A stretch of DNA of 64,000 nt, taken from Blasia pusilla. Taxonomy: Eukaryota. Each line of letters opens with the position of its first letter. Position 1 is the stretch's first letter. The translations under genes and the position numbers were made by a program. The notes below the pieces were generated by a model. The model did not search any database and had not been told where the DNA came from. It saw only the letters and a list, made by a program, of their open reading frames with translations. The stretch is taken from positions 20,460,001 to 20,524,000 of the forward strand of contig CM114271.1 in assembly GCA_050084515.1 (NCBI GenBank). Direction: 5' to 3'. Positions 12,985-23,277 of this stretch are shown piece by piece.

Positions 12985-13945
12985 GAGGGTGTTAGATCTC
13001 TTCGGAGGGATTAGCACCGGATTGGCTGCCATATTGCAGTCGGGCATACGGGTGCATCAAGTACCTTTATGTGGAGAGAGATGAGACCACGCAGCGAGTA
13101 TCATTACGTCACGTGGCAAGATTGGCCCAGAGGTATCATGAGTTGTTGTCGGTATCTGCAGTACGGGGATACCAGCCTACGCTACCCGCCGACATCTCTT
13201 TGGTGGGGGAGCAGGATTTGGATAGAGTTGGCACCATTCATTTGGTGATTGCTGGATGGCCATGTCAGGGTCATTCATCAACTGGCCGAGGATTTGGATT
13301 GCAGGATCCGAGGTCAGGGATGTTTTGGGAGATGTTGCGAGTAGTACGACACTTGCAGGAGAGTCAGATATGTTCTCCAACGTACATTTTGGAGAACGTG
13401 CCGTTGTTGGGAGATACTCGTACACGTGTGATGACGAGTCTACATCAGGTGAGGTCCTGGTTGGGACTGCTGTGTTGTTAGATGCAGCGAGAGTTGGGTC
13501 ACGTGCCCATCGTCCACAACTGTGGAGGACGAACCTGATACCATCAGAGGTACTGAGTCGAGCCTACACTGGAGTCCAGAGAGCACCACATCTCACAGTG
13601 GATGCTATTTTGGACCCAGGGCGTCGATCTCAGGTGGTGACACGCGATGATAGACCACCGTTGGCCACGGCCAATAAGGTGGGGGAGTTGAGGGCAGCCT
13701 TACCTACGTTGGTGAGCTTCCCAGCATCCCATGCCTTTTGTCAGGGAGGGCCACGCATGATTTAGGATGAGGTGACCGGAGTATTGGAGGAGCCTACAGC
13801 AGATGAGCGCGAGCGCGCCATGGGGTTCACTACCGGTACTACGGCGGTGCCAGGGATGATTGAGACATCACGGAGACAAGTGTTGGGGCAGGCAATGGAC
13901 CTCAACTATCTCACATGGATAGTCAGCCTAGGTATGGCTGAGCAG
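12985..13945 (+). other. C5 cytosine DNA methyltransferase domain (DNMT3-like) inside the retrotransposon polyprotein
   Basis: Motif I LDLFGGISTG (12991), motif II YVERD, motif IV AGWPCQG (13251), motif VI LENV (13392), motif VIII SRAHRP..W.TN (13502), motif IX ERERAMGF (13805) and motif X RQVLGQAM (13882), in canonical order. Confidence 0.9.
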
Positions 13946-16900
13946 AGACGGATGCGAGTGTCATCCATGCCGCCACGCCCCAGTTGGACCCACCGCCACG
14001 TGGTCTCAGACAGGCATTGGATGGGGCGTAGACGAGGAGAGATAGGCACCCATGGACTTCCTGGGACGTCGTTCGAGCAGAGAGTGCGAAGGCGGCTAGA
14101 GTAGCACATGTTCATTTTTCGGATATGGAGCATGGTGTAGGAGGTTAGAGTGGAGTGGCTGTTGCGGAGGTGGCTAGGATTGCTACATAGCAACCACAGC
14201 CGGAGGTTGCGTCCTCTCCGAGTGAGGTCACGATGGAGACTTGGGAGACTGTGATAGGTCTCAAGTTGATAGGAGAAGAGCGACGGCGAGTTCATAGGTT
14301 TCTGAGAGGGCATGTCACTTGTTTTGCCTTCAGTATGAGAGACTTGGGTACGCTGAAGGGTCCCGGGATACGGATTGAGTTGGCTAGTGATACGCCAATC
14401 TTTCGTCGACACTACAGGTATTCTAATATGGAGCGAGCCTTGATTCAGAGCAGGAGTCAGGACTTGTTGGAGGCAGGACTTGTGGAGTTATCATATGGGG
14501 AGTATGCATCTGCCAGAGTCATGCCGGCAAAGAAGGATATGTATGGCATTTGGACGGATAGGCGGATGTGTGGAGATTACCGTCCTATCAACCGACAGAC
14601 AAGGTCAGATCGGTATGCCATGCCTACTCCTGAGGAGATCTTTGATGCGGTAGGGCATGCAAATATCTTAAGTACTTTAGATCTCCGTGCTGGCTATCAT
14701 CAACTTCCTATCAGGTTGGAGGACAAGGAGAAGACAACATTCTGGGGGATAGATCGGTTCGGGAGAGATTGCTTGTATCAGTGGTGGTTCTTACCATTTG
14801 GATTGAAGAACGCGCCTGCGGAGTTTCAGAGAGTGATGGATAAGATTCTGGCTGGCTTGGATTTTGTACGATGTTACATAGATGATATTCTTATCTTCAG
14901 TTCCACGGTTGAGGAGCATGAGCGACACTTGGAGGAGGTATTTCGGCGATTGCAGTTACATGGACTGAAGTTACATCCAGGCAAGTGCAGATTCTTTCAG
15001 GAGTAGATTGAGTACTTGGGACACACCATATACCCGAGTGGGTTAGGCATTCAGCAGACGAAGGTAGAGGCTATTGTGCAGATTCCACGCCCTACAGATG
15101 TGAGTCGAGTCCGAGCATTTCTTGGACTGGCGAACTTCTATCGACAGTATGTCAAGGGTTTTAGTGCGATCGCAAAGTCTTTGACCTTGTTGATGAGACT
15201 TGATCAGGTGTGGTTGTGGGGAGATGATCAGAGCGAGCATTTCAGAGCTCAGGACAAAGTTGACGTCCTCACCCATTTTACAGAGACCGGTTAGGGGTCG
15301 CCCATTCCAGTTACATACGGATTGGAGCATGTTGGGTCTAGGAGCAGTGCTTACTTAGAGGGATGACGAGGAGAGGGAGTTCGTTGTGGCTTACGCAAGC
15401 CGATCGAACAACATTGCAGAGGCAAAGTACAGCTCCTACAAGGGAGAGTGCTTGGCTGCAATGTGGGCCGTGGCACATTTTAGGTGCTATTTATTCGGCA
15501 ACCCTTTCATACTTATCACTGATCATCAGCCGTTGAGGTGGTTGATAGAGTCCGACAAGCTTACGGGAAAGCTTGCCAGGTGGGCTCTATTACTACAGGA
15601 TTATGACTTCGAGGTGGTTCATAGACCAGGTCGGATGAACTAGGATGCGGATGGGTTGAGTCGTAACCCATGTCCGAGTCAGAGAGACGTCATGGGAGCT
15701 CGATGGCACGGAGAGAGTGACGAGGAGATGGTGCCCGGTTGGCATGCATCTGCCTATCTTTGTTGGTTGACTATGGCAAGTCAGCCACAGGTGATGACTC
15801 CAGTGGTGGGATTGGATGATGAGTCTTTGGATCCGGAGGTTAGTGAGGAGGCGACAGGTGGTCGTGATATCCATGACGACGTGGAGGTTGTGGAGTTCTT
15901 GCACACTGGCGTCATTGCGAGTACAGTGAGTGCTAGGGAGCGGGATCGGATCCTACTGAGAGCCAAGAGGTTCAGGTGGGAGGGGACTCACATTTTACGG
16001 GTATGGGGAGATGGTAGGATACGAGTGGTACCTCATCCTTCTCAGCGAGCACGTGTAGTGCGACATGCCCATGAGGAGTTGGGACATTTCGGAGTAAAGC
16101 GTACTTACAGCTTACTCCAAGTTCAAGATTGGTGGGCGCATGCATGCATATGGTACTGGTACAGATTTGTGGCCAGATGTATAGTATGTGACAGAGTGGG
16201 AGCATTGAAGGATGCTCGCACTCTGTCACATCCTTCAATGCTCCCACTCCGCATTTACATCCTTTGCCGATTATGGGTTTAGGTTATCGGTGGAGTTTAG
16301 ACTTTGCGGGACCTTTGCCATTGACAGGGCGTCATCATAAGTACGTGTTGGTCATGGTGGAGCATTTCTCCAAGTGGATAGAGTTGGTGGCACTACTAGA
16401 CAAGGCAAGCAAGGGAACAACTTATGCGTTTCTAGATCGTGTGCTTAGTCACTTTGGTGCACCGGCGAAGGTGTTGACTGACCAGGGTATCGAGTTCAGG
16501 GGAGAGTTTCAGGCCTTATGTGATCAGGCGCTGATAGATCACCGCACCACGTCCAGGGATCATCCTAAGGCGGATGGGTTGGCGGAGAGAGTGGTACAGA
16601 CGGTGAAGAGAGGATTGTGCAAGTATGGCTTGCAGCGGGGACAGGTGAGGGAGTGGGACCTACAGTTGCCATGGTTGGCTATGGGTTATCGCTTTAGTCG
16701 GCAGGCATCCTTGGCATCATTTTCACCGTAATTTTTGCTCTTTGGGAGAGAGCCAGATTTACCTCCAGCCATTCGACGTGACATGGCAGAGGTGTTAGAT
16801 CTTGATGATCCAGATGTGTGGGTACAAGCATGTTCTCAGAGGGCAGAAGTTTTTCGTAGAGTTATGCCTATGGCCTTTGAGAACTTAGCTATTGCCCAGC

Positions 16901-17195
16901 ATAGAGATACATTGAGATATGCGACCATTCGTGGAGGAGGTTATTGTCCAGGGATTAGGAGGTTTCATCCTGGAGATTACGTGTATTTACAGCACGCGGC
17001 ACCCACGACGCTAGATGTCACTGCAGGCGCCGCGATCCCACGTGTGCGCGAGGTATTACCGACCGAGTCCTCATGTTGGAGGGACGGGATGGTATGGTTT
17101 GGAAGGATCATGTGCGCAATTGTGCGCCATGTCATCTTTCAAACATAGATGGGACGGTGGATCCGAGCTTGGCAGTGGTACCTGCAGGCTTGAGG

Positions 17196-17333
17196 TGTAT
17201 GTTGTGCGGATCTACGAGGGGACCAGCCACCATGTTGGTATGTGATGGTTGTTCTCGAGGGTGGCATATGTTATGTCTGACCCCCCCTCTTGATGTGGTT
17301 CCCACGGGACGATGGATGTGTCCGAGATGTGTA
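17196..17333 (+). other. PHD zinc finger at the integrase C-terminus
   Basis: CMLCGSTRGPATMLVCDGCSRGWHMLCLTPPLDVVPTGRWMCPRC, a C4HC3 pattern. Also present at 47664-47810. Confidence 0.95.
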
Positions 17334-17412
17334 TAGGGCAGTAGGTCATGTCAGAGAGATGTGATATTTTCTATCTGGAGTTAGGGGGATCCAACTGCCA
17401 ACTAGGGGGGTG

Positions 17413-18137
17413 GTTGTGTGATCTCCATGTATATGTATGAGTTGATTTTTTGTACATGTGTGGATCGACCTGTGTGTGGGGAAGATCGGTGTTGTGTGGT
17501 GTAGATGTGACGAGCGATGTATGTTGTGTAGCGATATGTATGTGCACGACAGGTGTCACATCTGAGTTGCCGATAGGACGAGATCTATCGTGGATAGGGC
17601 GTAGGAGCCAGCGGACTATCTTGAGTATAACTTTGTCCCACGGTATCGGATGAGGTTGAGGATAGGTCCATTGTGTCAGGAATGTTGTTCCTAACAACTT
17701 TCATATTGAGGTCTTTTACAGCCGGGTGACTTATTGACCAGGTCACCCGCCCCTGTTAACCTGTGCGCACGGGTTACCAAGGGAAGGGCTATTTTTAGGG
17801 GAAGAGCCTTTTGGCTCTTCCTAACCCTATATAAGAGAGGAAGATGGCTTTCCTAAGCCATCTTTCTCATGTTGGGCCATTGGAGCACCTCCCTTGTATG
17901 TGTGTGAGCTAGGACTAGGGTGCTAGCGTCCGGATTCCTTGATAGCACAGGGTGGACGAGGCTCAATATCCCGATGTAGATTGAGGAGTGAAGTTTTAGT
18001 TGTGTGATCTCCATATATATGTATGAGTTGATTTTTTGTACATGTGTGGATCGACCCGTGTGTGGGGAAGATCGGTGTTGTGTGGTGTAGATGTGACGAG
18101 CGATGAATGTTGTGTAGCGATATGTATGCGCACGATA
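17413..18137 (+). repeat. 3' split-direct-repeat block B1-gg-A2-B2 of copy S1
   Basis: 139-bp B at 17413-17551 and 17999-18137. A (17554-17998) matches the 5' termini of copies S2 (32643-33096) and S3 (55858-56193) and contains a TATA-like ctatataag at ~17827. Confidence 0.92.
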
Positions 18138-18197
18138 AAGTTCTGATGTTTCGTTTCGCGTTTGTTTCATATTTGTTTGGTTATGAGGGTCGCAATA
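18138..18197 (-). repeat. Terminus of a diverged chromovirus-type LTR into which copy S1 inserted
   Basis: ...tttgtttggttatgagggtcgcaata matches the LTR end ...ttgtttggtcatgagggtcgcaaca at 11220-11244. Confidence 0.65.
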
Positions 18198-21100
18198 ATA
18201 TGTGTAGTTTTTTTAAAAGAGGAGGTTTTACAAAACTCTACATCTAGGGCAACAACTTCAAGACATAAGGAGTAAAATATGAGGTTTGTACCTACAAACT
18301 AGATTTATATAGGTTTCACTTACAAAATATATGTAGGAAAAGTGCAAAACTTAGAAAGGAATATGGGAAGAGTTCTAAAAAATGCAGCATTACAAATTGG
18401 CTCTAAATGAGGAAAAGAATATTAAAGATTTATGCGATGATAGTAGTGAATTAGAAAAAGTTAAGTGTAAGCTCAATTGTTCTTCTTCCACACTAAATGG
18501 TTTGGTGAGATGAACTTATTTAAAAAGATATCTTCGATGGATAGATGGAAGTAATATCATTTCTAGCACCACTGTGACCTATAAAGAAGGAATCATAGAT
18601 GTATGGATTTTGGATAGTAATGATAGAAAAAGATTGTATTCTTTCTTGAGAATTGAATAAGTTGATGTTGGTTTTTTTTAATGATTTAAAAGTATTTTTC
18701 ATTTAATAATTCAAATAGGAATGTAACTTTCTTAAATTTTGAAGAAGTAATAACACTCCACTCCTTAATTAAAATTTAAATAATACCCCACTCCTCTAGA
18801 TAACTCCATTTCTCCATAAAAGTTTAACTAATACCTATTTCTCCCTCCTCCTCCCACTAACTAAATCAATGATTAAATTATACTATTATTTGAGGAGCAT
18901 TCTTCAAATAGCAACAACTGAATATATGACACGTGATCTAGCGTTTAGGATGGCCTATGTGGACATTTAAAGTCTCACAGGTCCTAACTAATTTTAACTA
19001 ACAAAATCATTTCCCATAATTCTTTAAATTGAAATTCCAAAAGGGGTCTATTTTGATAATGGTATCTATATCATTATGGGAAAGCGCTCTTATAAGAGGT
19101 GTCATGTCTCCTCATGACACGTGTCTTTTTGGACAAATAAGATTCCTCCTCATAATTCATTATTCCATCGATTACAAGTGCTCTAGTTTGGAATCCGTTA
19201 CGTTTTTTCACCCGTGTGTACTTATCAACAAGACTTCATTGTTAGGAAGTAGGGGTCTTAAAATCCAAAAAAAGAAGTAAGATGCTTGAAATAAAGTTGT
19301 GTCACACATGATGTATAAATGTACATACATTGACATTCTCGAGAGTACTGTTAGAGTACAACCATCTACATCTTAGTTAGACATACCAATAGGGATATGT
19401 CTTGTGTGTCTCTCATGGATATCCACACATCGGTCACATGTTATGAAGCAAAAGCAAGATTATTCATGCAAAACGTAGGAAAAGATCATAGGTCAAATTC
19501 AATATATCAAAGATGACCAATCTTGGTTTGGGCCTATGTAGAGCCCAAACTTTAAAGTGCCATTTCAATTAACCTTGCTGCACTTCGACTCAAATGGGCT
19601 TCACAATTAACTTGAATCGAAGTGCAGCAAGGCTAATGGGTCCAATGGAAAAAATCTAGAAAATAGCCAGGCTCTTGGTAGGGTTTAGATAAGATTGTTT
19701 TGAGGCTCTTCCTAGAATGGAGAAGGGACATCTTATACAAACAGAAAGATACACTGTTCTCAAAATGCGACCTTGTAATGGTAAATACTTCAGATCCCAA
19801 GCTCAAAAATTGAACGCACCACTTTCAAAGTGTGTAAATCTTCATCGAACCACATGCTAAAAGTGAACCCCAATCTCTCCCAGTTTTCTTTTGCTCCCAC
19901 ATGCTCACATTATAGAATAATATGAGACCAGTGCTCTTACTCTTAAGAGAAATCCATGTTATAACGAAAAACCCACATGCAGAAGACAAAGTAGCAACAT
20001 GACACTATTTTATCACTCAAAGTCTAATTTTAGTAGGAGCCGAATAAAATAGGTATTATTGGCTGATGGAAAATTAATGGTGTTTAAAAAGAACCTTTTT
20101 CTTAGTGGTGTTCATAACATGTTATTTTAAAAAAACTTCATGTTAACTAGTAGGTCGTAGGTTTTATGCTGCATTTCGAAACGTGGATTGAGAATGCAAC
20201 AAATGCCCAATATTTCTGGTGGAAGGTACTCGGACCTATTCGTCTGGAAAGTACGATACATTCGATGTTCCATATTCGTGTGTCTCTAACGGGAAAGCGC
20301 CATAATAGGACACGGTTCATGTGTTATCAGCAAATCTTGACCGACGAAGTATATGCTTGCAATCCTCCCAGTATGATGTTTCAAGATCATCTAGTCAAAT
20401 AAACCTTGTTACGGCCTCTACAAGTTCCTATCGTTATTTTTCCTTAGACTATCCACGTATCCCATAGGTACGAACCAACTACTCTCTCCTCCATCGAGTT
20501 CACCGCACACTGGTTATATACTCTATGGGAACCACGGAATCAAGAGACTCGTACTTGTTTCTCACACATACACGTGTGGGCACCTCCAACCAATACAAGT
20601 ATTTTGGATAGAGGACTTCTTTTGTGTGCAATCGGAAGAAGGAAAAACTCACCCTCACGACCCGCACTCCAAGTCATCATATGAGTTGGAATCTTAGGAG
20701 CAGAATATCGAGAAATTGTAAAAACCTGAGTTAACATTGAAGAAGGGAAAAATTGGACCCATTGACAAAGGCATTACCTTTCATGAAGATCATCACATTG
20801 CTGCTTTCATGAGTCCAGATCACAGTGACGTCTTCCCCTCCAGTTCGATTCCTGGTGTTCCTTGAGGACCTTGAAATCTTCTGAGACACGGAACCAGCCA
20901 GACCTGCCACTAAGCGGCGTGCCATGCCCGGTAACGGAACTAGAGACCCGGCACAAACATGTTGCCAGCCGGAAATCTACAGGCCACAAGACTCTAAGCC
21001 CTTGACTTTGTACATTGTTTTATAAACTGGTGAAGAAGAAAGAGTGCATCGAATGCGTTTGTGTTTGGAAACCAGGAGATTTAAGTGAGGGTTTATGAAA

Positions 21101-21216
21101 GTCAGGAGGGTGAAACCTCCTGCCTATTCCAGCTTCTTGAAGGGTCGATAAGCCATCAACTGCCCGGCTCAACAGGAGCCCATCGTACTAAGGAAACTAT
21201 TGGTAACGCAACTCAC

Positions 21217-23277
21217 TCACTCTGTCGGCGATAGTTCCGCGTCTTGAGCTTTCTCTTCTGTTGGTGATTCTGTGCTGACTCCAGCTGATATTTCATCGTC
21301 TTGGGCTACCTCGACCTGCGCAACTCGAAAAACTGCCAAATGCTCATCTCCTGCAAAAAGTACACAAGACAGGACACTTGGATGTTAGGCAGATTCCTTT
21401 CTCATACGGAAAATGTTCTTTCCTATAGGGAACAAAACAGCTGCCTACAGTTGTTAGCTCCTACGTGTTCGATTTTCAAGAAGTCGATCAATATCGAAGC
21501 GTCCTCTAAAACTCCTCGAGGCTTCCTTTCCACGGATACCTTCTTTCCCGGGTCCAACTTCACAGACTTGAACTTAGTTGGTTGGACAATAGCAGCCACT
21601 TATTTGAAAAGTCATTACACTTCCCTAAGAACCTCGTCCTCATACTTACTATCCAGGTTCAATGAACAGAGGATGGGATCTTACTTCTACAATTTGATGG
21701 GGACTTTTCCATGAATAGGGCCACCCGCAATCTTTAACATTCGGCCCGCCCACCTTATCCAGCGTGCAAAGTGGGAGGTGGTTCAAACTTCCTCCAAATC
21801 ACATCACTCTAAACTTCGCAGCCAGCAGGATGGTAGGACACTTACCAAAAGTGACAAAGTCTCCCGGAGCAACAAGGGTTGGCGTTCCGGGTCTTACTCT
21901 CCTGTTATCAACGTAAGTTCCGTTGGTGCTGTTCAGATCGGTCACGTAGAGCGCGTTCCCTTTCTTCTCCAAACGTGCATGGAGAGAGGAAACTGCACAA
22001 TTGCATTAAAACACCAGAACTTCAGGTTTGGCTCTTGAGCAGGCCGTCGCCCTGCGATGGTCAGAGTAGGTAGGTGATTGAGACTTGGAATGAGCGACCT
22101 AGTGATTCATCTCGTAGGAGACTGCAACAGTGTGCAACAAACTTGAACATATCCGGTGCGATCGACCAAGAGGTCAAGGCAAATTGCCTTGACTTACGAT
22201 CCACTTCAAAAAATCCGCCTGGCCCATAGTTTGATCAGTTTGACTCTAGGTAAATGAAATTAAATAGATTCATTCTGAAGAAACATTATCATTGTTCCTC
22301 CAATTAGCCTGAAAGACACCGGATAACCTCTACAGTAGAGCGTAAGCCGCCTGATACGTACCCGTGGCAACGTTAAGTAAGAAGTCGGCCTTGCCTCCAC
22401 TGCGCCCCACTATGACAGAGTCCTGCACAGATGATGAAAGAGATCAAATCTGAATTCATTTAATGAAACCACGGTCCCACCAAGAATTACGAGTTCCAAC
22501 GAGTCGGATCTTACGGAGGATAATTCGAAAGAATCGGGAAGGGGCACTGGTTCATCCAGGTGGCGGCAATCGCCGTCTCCTGCACAGGCCCCCAGGATTA
22601 GCACATAAGACCTCTATCATCATCACAGACCCAAAAAGAAGAGCAATTAAAGTGTACCTTAAAATCACATTCGGCACTCACCAACAGCTCACCCGAGTCA
22701 AACTTCACTTGCTATTTTCATTAACTTCCCATCAGAGTAATTTTCATCTGATACGCCGAACTACATGAATACGCCCGCGTTGCACAAAGCTTACAAACAG
22801 CGAAGCACACACACTCAAAACTCTCCAGCGAGAATCCTTGCACCTGTAGAGCTCGCCAGATCACGAATTCGACTTCGAATTTCCTCAACGGCCTCGCCAA
22901 TCTCAGCTGGTTGCTACTTGAACCGCTCAAACTTCCGTATAGCACTGAAATGCGCACAGGACAGTAAGAATTCAAGCTCAGCCAAGATAAGACCTACCGA
23001 CAGACTCGAGAATCCAGTTCACATTCTTCTGCGTTGTTTGCGACTGCAGGGCAAAACCGCGCTGAGCGCCTTGATGAGTCTGTTGCCGTGGTTGAATGCG
23101 TCTTACCAACCTCCACGACACTTTCCCGAACCCCCTCAACTCTTCCCAGCGTCCTTGGGATGCCACATCTCCTCTCCTCCCCTGTCCGAACAACGCGCGA
23201 TCCGGCGCAGACGATCTAAAACACGCCGCCTCCGGCCGCGCTTGCAGGATGGCCTGCGGCATCCCCAGAGTTTGCAT
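21217..23277 (-). CDS. FHA (forkhead-associated) domain protein with a putative plastid transit peptide, similar to Arabidopsis At2g21530-type proteins. Exons 23277-22998, 22579-22515, 22422-22362, 21992-21846, 21350-21217
   Basis: GT-AG exons splice in frame: ...WILESVGDGDCRHLDEPVPLPDSFELSSDSVIVGRSGGKADFLLNVATVSSLHARLEKKGNALYVTDLNSTNGTYVD...VTFGDEHLAVFRV... FHA motifs GR, SxxH and NGT are present. Confidence 0.9.

Larger units (their letters stand above)
11245..17336 (+). pseudogene. Polyprotein Gag(CCHC)-protease-C5 DNA methyltransferase-RT-RNase H-integrase-PHD, with stops and frameshifts
   Basis: CDHCHRYGHTRDRC (~11280); LLDSGAQPLMLG (~12265); MTase motifs 12990-13900; RT with LPFGLKNAP and CYIDDILIF (14233-15006); RH (AYASRS...TDHQPLRWL); IN (H..LGHFG, C..C, WSLDFAGP, TDQG, DGLAERVVQ); PHD at 17196-17333. 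Confidence 0.92.
11245..18137 (+). mobile_element. Split-direct-repeat, DNMT- and PHD-encoding Gypsy-like retrotransposon, copy S1 (5' part displaced beyond the left edge by chromovirus copy 2)
   Basis: Polyprotein domains at 11245-17336, then B1 (17413-17551), gg, A2 (17554-17998), B2 (17999-18137). Colinear with 47201-56193. Confidence 0.92.

Noticed and set aside
12985-13945. Host DNMT3/DRM gene or bacterial contamination
   Set aside because: Intronless, embedded between PR and RT, and at the same position in a second copy.
11245-18137. DIRS/Ngaro classification of the split-repeat family
   Set aside because: No tyrosine recombinase motifs seen. It has an aspartic protease, an HHCC/DDE integrase and 4-bp TSDs.
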